From Bugula neritina (taxonomy: Eukaryota; Animalia; Bryozoa), in NCBI GenBank assembly GCA_964035545.1, contig OZ037773.1, forward strand, positions 9,949,751 to 10,013,750: DNA of 64,000 bases. Direction: 5' to 3'. The notes beneath the pieces are model-generated. The model was not told the DNA's origin, made no database searches, and worked only from the letters and a program-made list of their open reading frames with translations. The position numbers were made by a program, and so were the translations under genes. Positions 44,191 through 63,780 of the stretch are shown here, piece after piece (the first letter of the stretch is position 1; the number at the start of each line of letters is the position of its first letter).

Positions 44191-44597
44191 AATATGTATT
44201 AGCAAAAGTTCTTGTCAAACATAAATGTAACAATTATAATTGTACTATCTTACAACTGTTCAAGGAATATGATTATATAGTGTTATCATGATATCTGTCA
44301 TGTTTAACAGAAATCTACAATCAAATCAATGTGATTGCAAAATAAATCAACATTAGATTTCTAGCCTATATATGTACCTACACAATTTTAACCAAACTCA
44401 ACAAGACTGTATAGTGAAAGCATGTCCAAATGTCTGCAGGTGTTTAAGATTTTATTATATCATCTTAGCCACTATGATTTAGAATGGCTGGTCTAATGAT
44501 TATAGAAGACAGTCTATTTCGTAGATAGCTCTTTTTGGTTAAAATAATACACAGCATATCCTGTAAAACATAAATCAGCCATGATGCAGTAGACAAG

Positions 44598-44990
44598 TGG
44601 TCTAATTGTATAATGGCCTGGTGGTCTAATAGTCTAGTGGTCTAATGGTCTAATTGTCTAATGGTCTAATGGTCTAATGGTCTAGTGGTCTAATGGTCTA
44701 ATGGTCTAATGGTCTAATGGTCTAATGGTCTAGTGGTCTAATGGTCTAGTTGTCTAATGGTCTAATGGTCTAATGGTCTAATGGTCTAATGGTCTAGTTG
44801 TCTAATGGTCTAATGGTCTAATGGTCTAATGGTCTAATGGTCTAGTTGTCTAATGGTCTAATGGTCTAATGGTCTAATGGTCTAATGGCCTAGTTGTCTA
44901 ATGGTCTAGTTGTCTAATGGTCTAGTTGTCTAATGGTCTAGTGGTCTAATGGTCTAGTTGTCTAATGGTCTAGTTGTCTAATGGTCTAGT
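44598..44990. repeat. 8-bp tandem repeat (TGGTCTAA with TTGTCTAA and TGGTCTAG variants)
   Basis: Directly visible, roughly 45-50 units. Confidence 0.95.
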
Positions 44991-46412
44991 GCAGGTCAAC
45001 TCTGACACATGTCTTAAGTTATCTATAGGCCTATGAGCAAATGAGAGCTCTTGTAGTTGAAAACATAGTACTGCCTTGTATATGAATTTGCAAAGAATAA
45101 AAATGCAATGTGTATTTATTGGAAATTATGTTTGTTACATAATATGTTATTATATTCAATGTAAGTGTTCAGAGAAAAAGTTATAGAAAGCTTTCGGTTG
45201 GATAGCTAAAGCAGACTTTGTAGACTCAAGGCATTTTCTCTCAACGCCAAACAAATTTATTACATTTTTTTTCCATGTAACCAATATCATACCAATATCA
45301 TACAATTAATCATATAATCAAAAACTTCACAACAAACCACAGATTAATTATTTGTTCAGCTAAAGCACACTTTGTTTCTTTTTCGAAGAAGACACACATC
45401 TTTATAAAATAAACAAACTTTTATTAAAAAAAACTTGGCCAGTATAATTTAATAATGAGTGAGGGTGTGGGGTAATTAGTATTTCTTCAATTATTAATAA
45501 TAATGTCATGCCATCTTACCTAATTAGATGTCAGCTTCCATCATATAGATATTAAAAAATTATTACCGCTATATTAAAGTTTAAACCTGCATGTTTAGGC
45601 TATATTGACTAGAGATCGTGCAGCAAATAAGCAGTTTATGTAACACAATATAATAATTCTCTGTTGTTTATAATAGCTTTAATATATTATTTAATGAGAT
45701 ATGTTTATATATGCTTTAATTTCCAGTCCATAAATAATAATTTTAGATATTCAAAACTATTGTGATTTTGGATATTTTGTTTCGGCAAATTTTATTTTAC
45801 GAAAGCAGCGCACTAATTAGAATCTGTTTTAAGTTTTCAATAAGAAAGAAAACATTACCATATAGTTGTATTTATCAAGTTATGTTTTGAGTTTAAACAG
45901 ACTTTAAGAGTTACTTTTATCTTCCGACTAAAATTTCGCTATGACATCATAAATAGAAGAATAAATAATATTTACTGTATATATTATGCAAGCTGCAAAC
46001 AGCTCAAATGATTATGCAAATTTAAAGATAGTCACACCTTGTTCACTTATTAGTCTAGAGTGATAAGTAAATTACATATTGGTTGGTGACACAGGGTCTA
46101 CATTATGAAGAAGGAGTGAAGTGGTTGAAAATTTTAATAATTTGTGTGACAAACAATACACCCAGCAACACAAAATTAACCAAAACCATGTTGTGTCTTA
46201 CCAGTTTAATAATATTATGTAGATTTACTTCTTAACAATTTCTCTGTTGGCTAACTTTTATAAAAGCATTCGTGAAAAGTTGAATTTTACCCAATACTTT
46301 GAATTAAAGCTAATCATGAGGTAATTATTGAGAAATTATCTAACATACGTTTACCTTTTAAGTCCTTATAATAACAAGTTAATGTGAAAAGTGATTTATT
46401 TGTTCTTATCAA

Positions 46413-46609
46413 GGGAGCAGTTGTTTGCCTATTGAACACAAAGTCATGAGTTCGAACCTGGACAAAGGCTATTGATGTTAGGAAGAGCATCCAGTCATAA
46501 TTGCTCCTGTGCCTCATCTAAACAAGTCCTTAGCCCGCCTTAACAAAAACCCATTCCATGAGGAGTTTCTCACAGGGATAGCGACTATAAACTTGAGTGG
46601 GTTTTAATA
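46413..46609 (+). mobile_element. Second copy of the tRNA-derived SINE, A-box region deleted
   Basis: Reverse-complement homolog of 11208-11424; 11-bp TSD GTTCTTATCAA (46402-46412 and 46610-46620). Confidence 0.9.
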
Positions 46610-46926
46610 GTTCTTATCAACATATATATAGTGGAACGTGTAATTTTTAGATTAAACATGTATATTTTTGTATTTCAACACTGAAGTGTTGCTAAATGAA
46701 AACTCATTATGTTAAGCCAGATTTCTGCTTCATTTTATGAAATAAAAAACAATCCATTTATAAATGGGGTTTTTCCAAATCTTGTATCATTCTATTATCT
46801 AGATTTAACTTTCTAATTTCTGGTAATGTTCAGTTTTCAATTTAATTTTTTTAACTATAATTTTAATGTTGCGCATTTCTTTGCAATAGAAACCACAAAG
46901 TTGAGGTCATGTATTGTAAAACAATT

Positions 46927-47197
46927 CTAACATCAACAGTGAGTGTCACAGCACATAACAGTGAATGTCGCAGTATCTAGTAAGACTGTCAGAGCACCTG
47001 CTGAGAGTGTCACAACTTTTAAGGACAATTTAAATGTAAGAAAAAATCAAATATTTTTACATGCTAACATCAACAGTGAGTGTCGCAGCATTAACAGTGA
47101 ATGTCGCAGTATCTAGTAAGACTGTCAGAGCACCTGCTGAAAGTGTCACAACTTTTAAGGACAATTTAAATGTAAGAAAAAATCAAATATTTTTACA
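46927..47197. repeat. Direct tandem duplication of a unit of about 137 bp
   Basis: CTAACATCAACAGTGAGTGTC...AAATATTTTTACA occurs twice (starts 46927 and 47064). Confidence 0.9.
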
Positions 47198-48780
47198 GGC
47201 GAAAAACCTATTTTTATAGGCGTTATTTTGACTTTAGCCTAACCTTTCATACACAGCATCTACATAGTTGGACCTCAGTCCAGTGTGCTTAAATACAATC
47301 AACAATTTATGCAGTGCTGTGGTATTTTGATGAAAATTATTTTCAATTTCATTTTTTCATTTTATCTCAAATAAAGTAGCTTGGGTTGTTTACGCTCCCA
47401 GTATTAACAGAATATAAATCATGTTATGGATATGATTTGTAACAAACAATGTTAAAGTACAAATTAACAACAAAATAATAGTTTAAAGTAAGAATCAATT
47501 TGGGTGGATTTTGTAAAACTACTTTAAAGACAACTTCCACCTATTGGTTGACAAGCAATCATTTTCTTATTAGCTCTCCCTTAGAACCCTCCCATCTGTA
47601 CAGCAATCACATGATGTATACCAATACCTTATACAAATAAACTGTATGCTATTACTAATAATAGACTAATAGCTGAACATATGATATAGTTTGAATACTT
47701 TGGATGTCTTTTACTTGGTACTCCCAGTAACTACTTTATTGGTTAAGTATGACTATAGGCATACTAATGTTTTGCTAATTAACTTGAAGCATTTCTGTAC
47801 ATTTTAAACTAATTTATGCACTAAAACAATGGAAGAAGCCATACAAGTAAATAACCCTAAAGAATGCATATACCAGTTTTGTCAGCTACCTACATGAAGA
47901 TTAAAAAATGAGCTTATATATATATTATATTATACTACTAGTTTAGAGAATTTTATTGAATGTGTAATTGAAGTAATGATGCCTTTTAAAAGTCAGCAGG
48001 CTGTATAAGATAAAGCTTAACCTTTAAATGCTGCTGTTGATTTTATAATCCATGAAAAGCAATCAAGAAAGCATGTAAATGCGAGTTTTGAAGTTTATGA
48101 TAGTTTTTTGTAAGAATTGATATAATTTGTTGGAATTTTCATGTACTATTCACAACTTTCAATTTTTAAGTAACATCTAAGCAATGTTTAAGCTTTGTAC
48201 CCATTGTATTTCGCTCAATTTTCTTTTAAATTGCAGCATGAATTTTGCTAAAATTACTACAATTGTTGTGTAAAAAGTGTTGCACCTGCCTTTGATTATG
48301 GAGAGTGTTGCCTGTTGTGCTGTAAACAGAATGACTATAACTTAACTTCTAAATCACAAAACTTATTTTAAGACATGACATCCTGTGGTTTAGCAAGTCT
48401 AAGCTAAAAACTGATGTGGGAAAACATTATAATATTTGTAGATGAATTGTGGTAAAATATTGATATTCTTCTGAAAACCTCCTCTCTATATATATGGCAA
48501 CCACTAACATGAACTAGTCATAAATATGTATATTACGTATTATATAGTGGTAGAATGTATGGCATGTCATTTCAAAGTGTCTTGCTACATTCTTATGTCC
48601 ACCACTTGTAATGAAACACCCAAACTGTGCTAGTTGCACTGTAGCAAATCCATCATCTTCTGCTTTTACATCCATTGCATATAGTTATTTATATATTTTA
48701 TATATCATATATTATGTATTATATAATATATAAGGCATACTATATAATATGTAATATATTATAATATATTACAATGTAAC

Positions 48781-48861
48781 ATATATTGTATACCATATCC
48801 TGCCACCCGAGCACGACCATGGTGGTGTAAGGTGACCACCACAATATATTGTATACCATAT
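48781..48861. mobile_element. 45-bp GC-rich insertion flanked by an 18-bp direct repeat
   Basis: ATATATTGTATACCATAT at 48781-48798 and 48844-48861. Confidence 0.6.
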
Positions 48862-50209
48862 ACTACATTGTAGAGCATTTGAAAGCTGTTTGAATATATA
48901 ATTTTCTTTAAACGGAGCGTTTATTAGCTTTAGCCCAAGTGTCAACTGAAGGTCCTAATGTAATTGCACTTAAAGACTTGGGCCGAGCCCTTTTCAACTT
49001 GTATTTACTAACACGGACAACTGGAGGTCACATATTTATGAATGTATTTACAAATCATATTACATTAAACATAATGAATATTTGATTGATTTATTACAAT
49101 ATTCCTGTTATTTCAATTCATAATAATTTTCACTTATCAGTATATTATTAGTATTAACATAAAGATATGAGCCAAAAGAACTCACCATGAATATGTTATG
49201 TATATATATTATATACAATATTATTGAATCAATAATATATTTTGCTTTGTAGTAACAGTTTTTGCTTGAGCCTCGCGTTATTTGGCAGCTGTTAGAATTA
49301 AAGCTAAATGAACTTGAATTAAACTGTGTGGGTTATATAACATGAGGGCTTTATCATGAAGCAAAATTACTCATATACAGAGCCCTTATGAAACAGGATA
49401 TCATGCAGGCCTCTGCCCTCTATAATAGTAGACACTAGATAGACACCTGACAAACACCTATTGGTAGAAATCTATTAGATACCTAGTAAACAATTAGTAT
49501 ATACACCTATATATATAGCATACACCTATTAGACACTTGGTGAAAACCTATAGTAGACACCTAGTATAATAGTGTCAATTCTGTGAGCTACACGGAACTT
49601 TATTTTCCATCAGTTTATATGAAAATTGAAATGTTACAGTTATACAGACTTGCAGTTTATATTCTCTGTAAAAGCAGTTGTTGGTTTCACGTTTTCATAA
49701 CTGAAAATACCAGAACATTCTTTTAGGTAATCCTGAGGCGGCAGTACAGTAGAAAGGTGTACAGAATCCTAGAAAGGTAGGCGGTACCCTATGTAGAGGC
49801 GGCTCCTTATGAGTGAAGTGGGCGGTACCCTATGAGTGGTCAGTGTAGTTATTAAATGTCCATCACTCATGTCACTGAGTACAACATCCATTAGATTGGC
49901 ATGGTCAATGGGTGTTTCACACCTGTACCATTATTTGTTTGCTAATTTACAATGGTAATTCTTTTATACCTTGTGTGCATGCAAAAGTCACGAAAGCAAA
50001 AAATCATATTTCCCAATTCATTATAGTCTATATAACCCATATACTGCAGCTATACAAATAGCATAGTAACTTCTGATGGATTTGTCTTCCCTACTCAACC
50101 AAATACTGCAATTAATCAATTGACCATTGAATTTTTGATAACATCTTTATTTTATTCTTTTAAGAAGTTACTTGATGATTTCCACGAAACAATACTGCTC
50201 GTTATAAAT

Positions 50210-50332
50210 AGTTGCTATAGTTGCTAGTTGACAGTTGCTAGTTGACAGTTGGTAGTTTCTAATTGACAGTTGCTAGTTGACAATTGCTAGTTGGCAGTTG
50301 CTAGTTGGCAGTTGCTAGTTGGCAGTTGCTAC
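50210..50332. repeat. 14-bp tandem repeat (AGTTGCTAGTTGRC)
   Basis: Directly visible. Confidence 0.85.
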
Positions 50333-52010
50333 ACAACCTGAACTAAGCTCAATCACGGAAGTGACATGCTCATTCTGATTGAAGTCACTGACAGTGATGA
50401 GCATTTATCAACACAGAACCTGATGCTCAATCATTTGAGCTAGTATATATTGGATATTGTCAACACAAGTATATGTCTATTTTATTGACAAGCTAAAAAC
50501 CTAAAAACAAAAACCATCTAACTTAAGTTACACCTATTAACAGAAGTTTAAAGAGCTGTTTACACCAACATGCACAATCACGAGGTAAATTAACACTTAC
50601 AAGAATTCTGTCATTATGTTGAACATTGTATATAATCTTTATGCAGAATACAACAGCAAGGAATGCATAAATACAGCCTCACATAGCTGACTTCTCTCCA
50701 GTTTAGTTTCTACATGTATGCTGTACTGTCTCACGTAATATGTAATAGCCAACAACAAGCATTGCTACATAAATGATGCCAAGCAAAATATCGTAACCCT
50801 TTACAATTAAATTCTAACACTTTTATTATTTGATGATCAGAGTGCTTTTTCTATACCAGATGAATGGTACAGATTGTGATAGTTTTAGCATTACTGTAAC
50901 CTTATAAAATACGTAGTTATTCCTTCAAATGTTTTAATTTAGTTTTTCAATTCAACTTATACCAGCAGTAATAAGGTTCCATGTCGTTTACAGCATATAT
51001 AGTATAACAGATAAAAGTACTGCATGTTTCAGTACTTGCAATATACTTTGCTAGCACTTCATCAGCTAGATTTTATACTGCACGTGTATATGAAGTGCAA
51101 AGTGTCCATTAACAAATAGAAAAAAGATTGTTATTTTAAATGCTTAATAAAAAATAACTTGAAGTATAGTAGATCCATCAACATATTTGAAAATATTACA
51201 TTGCTTAGTTGTTTCTGATTACAAAAGCCAATAAAATCATATTTTGCTATCTAATATTTATAATACTTTACAAGTGTATTTTTATTAAGTATATAACAGC
51301 TAGAGCATTGGGACATGTCAATAATAATCTGTTTTGTTTTATAATGATACCATGTAAAGCGGGATTGTTTAAAAATGATTTAATTAAGAAAACCTTTTAT
51401 TTTCAAGCTTTCATAAATATGTACTGGATTTTTTAGTGTAGATTATTCTAGAGAAAGTGTCAGATACTTTCAGGGAGAAGACAAATCTCAATTAAACTAC
51501 TTGAATAGCATCTATTGAAAATGCTCTACATAAAGCCCATATATTCTAAGGTAATGAATTCATTAGGCATGTTCATGTTATAGACTAAAAGACATATATT
51601 AATGATGATTTAAACTTTATAGCGGCCATCCAAACAAACTAGTAAAAAAGGTGGTGTGGAATGGTCACTCAGTCTTAATTATTTTTCAACAGTGCTGTTA
51701 ATGTAAGTCTTTTGAATAACCCACTTTTTATTTTATAATATTCATAATCTTTTAAATCAATTTTGCTTATATCATGACGAATTTGCTACAGATCATAAGC
51801 TATTGAGGCTATGCTTGCATCGTTTTATTTATTCAAATATAGTAATGGGGCAGTAAACAATAGAAAAACAAAAACAGCTTTAGGCTCTGCTGCTAACAAA
51901 GAAAATGCAATTCAACAAAACATGGCTGTGTAAGAACTTATAGTCAAATCCAAATGCGTTGTCCAAATCGGGAAGGTAAAATCTGTTCAGATGAAATCAC
52001 TTTAAGTAGC

Positions 52011-52615
52011 TTAATAGCGTCCATAATCTGAAATGAAGTTAAAAGACATTGAGAGTTTACCAATTGTTGCTCGATAAAAATAAATATATAAGACGCTTGT
52101 TAACTTTAACTGCAATGCATAACAAGCAAGAGTCTAACAGAAGAACCTACGTCCACAAGATCTGTAGGGACAGTATCTGGTCTGGACACTGGATCCAACA
52201 CACCCATGGTGACCATAATTTCTACCGTAGACACAACGTCTTGATCTAGTCTGTCTCTCTCTCCTGCCACAGTGGTTGCTACATCTGGACCAGTGGGACC
52301 AATTGCCCCAAGTTCTGTACCCTAAAATGCCAAGAAATCGGTTTTTGCCATTTAATAAATTAAATAAAAAAATCACTTGAAGTAAAATAATGTTGGTAAT
52401 AGTTGTATATTAGTTAATGATAATACTTTGCTACATTAGAACTACTATATATATTATGCGTGTATTATATAATGTATATATATAGTATATATATACTAGA
52501 TTTATAAAGTTGTGCAATTTAAAATTCTGGAAACTACTTTGTGGTTATGCTTAAAACTTCGACTAAAAATGTTTATACCTTTACTCTCACATATTGCCAT
52601 CAGGTACGATAACAC

Positions 52616-52713
<98 letters not shown>

Positions 52714-54164
52714 GGTATCTCATTTATGCATTATACACCATATATCATGTAAGTTTTAACTATAACTTCCAAATACATACATTTCTATCAATTCTAAGAT
52801 TAAATGATATAACAATTTTAATGATTTAGATATAATTGAAAGTTTTTATTTAGAAAGAGCAGAAAAAAATCTCAATAATAATTTACACCTAATTTTCAAA
52901 ATAATTTCTATCAATAATGTTTGCATTGTAAACTAAAATTACCATCATGTAATGCCCTAAAGAGCTGTTTTCCTCGTCAAATATTCATTTTGATGTAAAT
53001 TTCAAAAAAGAGCAATTTTTGGACAAAAGATTTATTTCTATCACATGTTAATGCTTTTTTAAGCTTCAAGTTGAAATTGAACAAATTTCTATCATGAGTA
53101 GTAATATACGACTCATTAACGGATAAATTATTATTATGTTAACTTATAATTATATGAGTAAAAGTTAGACGACATTGCAGCACTAGCTATAGAATACTTT
53201 TGAAATGTATAGCCTAAGATCTACAGAATAAACTTACTTGATCCATGGATGACTCCACCGTGTCCCCCATGAGGAGCACCACTTCTATATCCGCCTCCAA
53301 CAATGCAGCCTAAGGAAAGCAAAGACTATTTATAATATCATATCTCTTTATTAAAAGAGTGAATTATACATCTAGCAACTTCCATGAGTAGCATCGCCCT
53401 ACAGATTTGTAGTCCTCTAGCTGCTTTACTGTTCTTAAAATGTAAAACCAGCAAAAAAAGAATCTATATAATTGTTCAAGAGATGTATATCTGATGTATA
53501 TTTTATTGTATACAGCTACTAATATATAATTATGAATATGCAGCTATATATAAAAATATAAGGAATAAAAATAATTCTCAGTAATTTAATTCTAATATTT
53601 ATTACTAAAATATAGCCACTTTAAATGATTGATACTAACTCACCCATTAGACTAGCCATAATCAGCACAGCAAAGACTTTGGTATCTAAAATGTTGAATT
53701 TACTATTATTACATATAACATTATAATATTATAATATTGTTATATATAACATAATATTATAATATTGTTATATATAACATAATATTATAATATTACTTCA
53801 GATATATTATCATACTATATAAATGTTACATAGAATGCAATATTATGTAACATGTAACATATACAATTGTCACAGTAGTATTATAATGCCACCAAGCTGG
53901 TATTACATAATATATAATCACCACAATAAAAAGAAATTAATGTACTTTATCATAATTTGTGTATAGCAATGTTACAATTCAAATTAAACTTTAAAGAGTA
54001 TAACAATTGATGTTTTCTATTTACTTTGGGAATAAAATTAAATAGTCAAGTCACACTTTGTGAATTTTTAACAAAATTGCATGTTACAACAGTTTATATT
54101 AAGTTAACTATAAAACAAAAGAATAAATAAATATTTACGAAAGAAAGAAAGAGTACTCACTCAT
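52011..54164 (-). CDS. G9: secreted basic Gly/His/Tyr/Arg-rich single-TSR protein, 101 aa
   Basis: Exons 54161-54164, 53644-53685, 53238-53309, 52151-52321, 52011-52027. MNTKVFAVLIMASLMGCIVGGGYRSGAPHGGHGGVIHGSRYRTWGNWSHWSRCSNHCGRRERQTRSRRCVYGRNYGHHGCVGSSVQTRYCPYRSCGHYGRY*. TATA 54245-54251. Confidence 0.88.
52618..52711. repeat. (TA)n microsatellite in G9 intron 3
   Basis: Directly visible. Confidence 0.97.
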
Positions 54165-54923
54165 GGTTGCAGAGGTGCAGTGTTCTGGTTGATGAGAAGA
54201 TTAAACTTTCTTAGCTGTCTGCTATCCCTTCTTTCTGCTCCAGCTTATATACGATCTCAGAAAATCTGTTTTGGACCGTCAACTGAGTTGTTGAATTCTA
54301 AATTAGCAATGATTCAGGACTTATGTTAAAGGATGACATTTTGCCGAATATTATGTAAATGTTTTGGGTTTCAGACTCCTACATACGATTTCAATATATT
54401 ATTTGATAATACATTTCAAATAGACGAGGAAATACAGTGATTGTTGTAATTAGTAGCGATATACAAGATTATAGACAAGGGAGGGGCATATACCTACAAC
54501 ACTTGTTATACTCACCTGTGATATTATAATACGACTAAATTGCCTGTAAAATTAGACTTTTTCTAATGAAAAATGATGCAATAAAATGCTATTGCATATT
54601 GTGCTTTTTTGAAAAATGAAAATTCTTCATCAATTCCTATATTGATCAATACGGTATTACAATGTGTACTGAAATCTTAACCAATTAAGTTCCTTTCTTA
54701 ACAACATGAGTATATTCTATAGCTATTATCATAAGTTATATTTCCTATATACTTCTGATAAATTTGAAACAAATATAAGTTAATTCTTTCAGCTAAACAA
54801 TTTATACTTCATTTCTTTGTGAAAATAAAGTTTCCAAATTATTCTTTTATAAAATTTAGCATTGTAAGGTATTTAACTAGCATAGCAGCTGGTTGCTAAT
54901 GAAGCAATTTTAATAAAAAAGTG

Positions 54924-54964
<41 letters not shown>

Positions 54965-56496
54965 AGGATTGAAACTGAAATCAAGATAATACTTTACAAT
55001 AAGATACAATTCAATGTGAAATATTACCTACATATTAATTATAATATTATCTCAATATATTCCTATAATATGATATATAAAATTAGAACAAAATAACTGA
55101 AACCACTTATTTAGTTTAAGAGATACGACATTTCAGAATCACTATAAGAATACTGCACTGGAGATTTCCTGTGATAATATTTGACTCGTAAAGATTATGC
55201 ATTGAGATAAGCTATAATTATGAGTTGAAGTTTGCCTTCCTTTTTTATTTGAGTAAAAATACAGCTATACTGCAGACAAGTAAAGACCCTGTAATTAATG
55301 TATAGGCTATATACAGCACGGCTACAAATGTTTATTATATATAATGATACTGTTGACTTCTCTACATTGTAGTTTAGTATAGGTGATGTATATATATAGT
55401 CACTCTGCTATATGTACAAGTTTAGAGTGAGCTATATAACAGTCTAGGTCAGTGCTGTTAAGATTATACTTACGAAGTATTCTCCAGAAAGAAAGCTTGC
55501 AACAATTTAGTTTCCTAAAATAAATTATTAGCACGGCTTTTGGAAAATAATAAAAAAATGCACCTGGAGTTAAATATGGAATAATGGCCATTACGTTTAT
55601 TTTTAGAATTTTAGATGAATTATGCTTTATATGTCAATAAATCACACGATATCAAAGAGGTAAAATACGGCTCCTGAGTGATTAATCATTATAGGTGTAA
55701 TAATATTTTCACAAGTTTAACGGACATGATGCTTTCATTGGGATCAAAAGAATGCTTTTACTAAACGGTTTAATAACCTCACATTAATCAAGAGTCCTGT
55801 TTCTATTATCGTGTAGCAGTCAAGCTTACAACAGCTTCTTTTCAAAAGCATTCTTGCGGAAAAAATACTCAAAATAGGAAGTTTTTTCATGGTATTAAAA
55901 CTAGACCAAAACCTGTCAGAATGTTGTAACACTAACACTTCTTTGATGCATCAACAGGGAACATAGAGAAATCTTTCACACTCTAATAAATAACTGGTGA
56001 AATGTAACGTGACAATGACAGTTTTAGCACTGGCAAGTCAATTTGTGGAAGCATGGATGAGACTGATTAATGACTTTTTACTGGTTTACAACAGATCCTT
56101 ATAACTTCTCTATATATTGTCAAGATCTATATTTAATTCAGATGGGAAACTGATCTAGACATTACTACGCACTATAGAAATGCTAAAAATTCCCATATCA
56201 AATTTTACCTAAAAATTTGCATAAAAAAAACACTGTACCACTTTGCCCGTTATCGCTCTTCCTTGTTAGCCTGGTATATTTTATTCCATTTGAATATCTA
56301 ATGCACAGTGTGAATAAATTAATAGAATTTTTGCATGAATTAGACAGTTTGACTTTTGAGTTGAATTTTATGCTTTTATGCAGTAGTGAGTAACTGCTAT
56401 CCCAACAAATTCAAGTTCATAATAGCTTATTTTTATTATATAGAGGTGAAGTTGTTTTTACGGGCTACCTGTAAAATAAATTCTTGCTCTCCTCAC

Positions 56497-57120
<624 letters not shown>

Positions 57121-58448
57121 CCCTTACTTGTCTCTTTCAATCTCCTACTTTGTGGTGCATTATAGGTAAAAAGCCTAACGGAAATGTCAAATATATTTGT
57201 CAATGCAATGAATACAGCTTTATAAAGTGTGTCATTGATTTGTAAAAAATACTTTTTTGAAGTTCAATAACAAATACTTTGCTGTCAACAGTAACATTCC
57301 TACATAATTTTCTATCAACAACAAAGATTTCTGACAACTTTCAGCTTTAAAAGATATGCTGATTAACAATGTAGTCATATGAATATAAGTTATATTTATA
57401 ATAATATAATATAATGTTGCGTGTTAATTCACACATTAAACATTACATTAACTGCATGCGGTTAATAACAAACTTTATCTAGTAAGATGGGATTAGTCTT
57501 TTCTTCTTCTTTCTTCTTCATGTAATAATATTATGCTTGCCACAAACAACAATTTAGTGAATGAAGTAAAAGGGTTAAACACGATAATATTTTTCTAAAA
57601 GCTAAATGAAAGATGTAAGGAGATTAACTTTATACAATACATATAGCCGGCACAGCTTTGTTACTATAATAAGTATAGCTTATATTCAGTTTAGTTTAAC
57701 TCAAAGTTTGCTGAAAGCTACATGATTCATTATAGAGTGTCTAAACAGCATTAATCAATTTCATATCCTACCTAAGCTGGGTGCAAATAGTACATAGATA
57801 CTGTATAGGAGATGAAAGTCAATTGACACAAATCTAAAAAAAGCTGCTGCAGCATTAGCAATAAATTCAAAATGACAAATAGCCAGACAGAATTATTATT
57901 GAAACTAAAATTTAAAAGTTCATTACCCTTATTATAGAAAATTGTAATTCCTAAATACATCTTTTTTGTTGAAAATTTCGAAATTATAATATATCATACT
58001 TTCTATTTTTACGTGTCTCTTAAAAAGAGATTGTTGACCTTTTCCATAGTGATTTAGGGCTGCGACACTTCCTACTAATAACTAAACTTTTAACTTAGGC
58101 TCAATTCATTTTGTTTAAAAACAATTGAAAATTGTCAATATAATTTATTACATTTAATTGTCTAAATTGAATATTTTAGGCCTGGACTGCCAGCATGTTT
58201 GAAACAATGACAATCAAAATATTTAGCAGAATGACATTATTTTGGCAGCAAAAGAAAATGTGTCGCATCCCAGCTTTGAAAACATCCTGTGCATTCTTTT
58301 ATGGAATGTTATGAATTATGTTATATCTGAGTTTCCCATCTTTCATATCAGTTTAAAAGTCACTACATCAATAGACTCTCCATCATTCAGAATCTATTAA
58401 CCTGGAGACTGGAGCTTCCTAGCTGCTAGACGTTCATACAAAGACATC

Positions 58449-61888
<3,440 letters not shown>

Positions 61889-63780
61889 TAGACTGGAAAG
61901 AGAAGTAAATGATCATATTTCGAAGAGTGCACTGATGCATTGTGGGAAGGGGTTTGGATAAACTGTGTATAATAATATAAATATTATATAAATAAGCTTA
62001 CTTGGTGTTTATAGTATTATTGCTCCAATCATTTGCCTGGTTTGTAGAGCGTAGAGCAATTTTTATAAGTTTAATAGTCTGTAGAATGAAATTGTAGTTT
62101 TATGGAATGGTGCAACTTTTAAAGAATATAACATTTTGACAAAATAATAGGATTTTAAAATTATAATATAACTTTTAGATGCAGAAATCAAAAGCATTAA
62201 ATCAAAAGCTACTGTCTGTATTATATATAATGAATTTGTTTATTTATTTTGAGAAATTAGTAAAATATTTGATTTTTTTAACGATTGTTGACGTTATATG
62301 TTGTTTTCCTACACCAATTAATAAAAGGCCAACTTTCTTTACTAGTATATGTATGGCAATATTATGATGAGCTAAAATATAGCAGGTGCATCACATTACA
62401 TATAAGGAAAACATAAAACTGTGCAACATTACGGTATATCTGGGATTCAGCTATACCAACCAGTCAACTTTGTACAAGTAATGCATATTATTTACACAGC
62501 TGCTTATAGAATACCATACCCATGACTGAGTTATCACAAAGGTATTGCCACTGGCCTTTATATAAAGCAGTTTCACCAGATACAAATACAGGTAACTGTC
62601 AATTAGATATGTGCAAGCTTTCATTTTTGAGTTAGAGAAGTGGGAAAACTTAGTTATGTCAAATTCAATTCTAATAGGAGTGCAACATATATGCAATGCC
62701 TTGTGTCAATCACAGAGATTAACAAATTCAACTTTTTATGGAGATATCTGCATGAAGGAATTTATTTATAAGTAAAGAGTAAAAAATTAGAATAATAAAT
62801 CATATATATATTTGCACAATTACAGATATCCCAATGACACATTAGTACCGTTGCAACAGTAACACTGCAAGGCTTTGGAATCTTGCACTTTTATAGCAAA
62901 CACTTATAGGTGAATTGAAAACTTCCATGTCCACATAAAATAGGAAAAAGAGAAAATATATTAGGCAGTACATTCATGATAAAACCACCTTAACACACCA
63001 ACTGACATAACTTGACAGCTGGATACAGATGACAGAGTGTCAGCAAAGGAATGGGATAACAAAATACATTGAAGTGATTCGTAGAAAGTGCTCATGTGAC
63101 TACAAATGTATATCTGCCCCTTAGATAGGCTATAGCTCTAACCCATGGTACTACGAAAGCTCATATTCATTGGTTAGTTACACATTATATAATATAATAT
63201 ATACTAACTGGGCATGCTAAAAAGATAAAAGAATGTAAATTATAAGTTATACCGGAGAGTATTTAGAATATAAATATATATTTAAAATTTTAAGTAAGGA
63301 GATATTCCAAGAACCTACTACTTTGCCAGGAGCGGACAACTCAGACATGGCCTGAGGTAATTCCGTCTACTAAACACCGGCATACCTCTAACCCATCAAC
63401 ACAGATGCATAACGCAAGCACTTAGATATTCTACTTCAACAACCATAAAAATTGAAACAACCGGATAAAAAATTGTTGAAATAAATGACTAAAAAGATAA
63501 TACAATCAATAAAATATGAAAAAAAATTGAAAACAGTAAATAAATTCATTAAATATGTGTACGTCGGATTTGTAGTGCTTGAATGACAACTCCAAAATCT
63601 TCTCATCCAGTCACATCTTTACTAGTGACGTCATCAGTTGTTGTGTGAAGGCATCATCACCAGTTATGGGGTACTATACTGTGACATCATCACATATAGC
63701 AGTTCTGGTGTAAACGTTGCCAGTTAGCTCAGCTGAAAAGCGACAAGTAGAATTGTGCGACTATGACAGCTTGTTGACCA

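Noticed and set aside
55700-56100. Possible decayed transposase fragments (also ~28100-28800)
   Set aside because: No recognisable motif or terminal repeats by eye; a Dfam or BLASTX search is needed.
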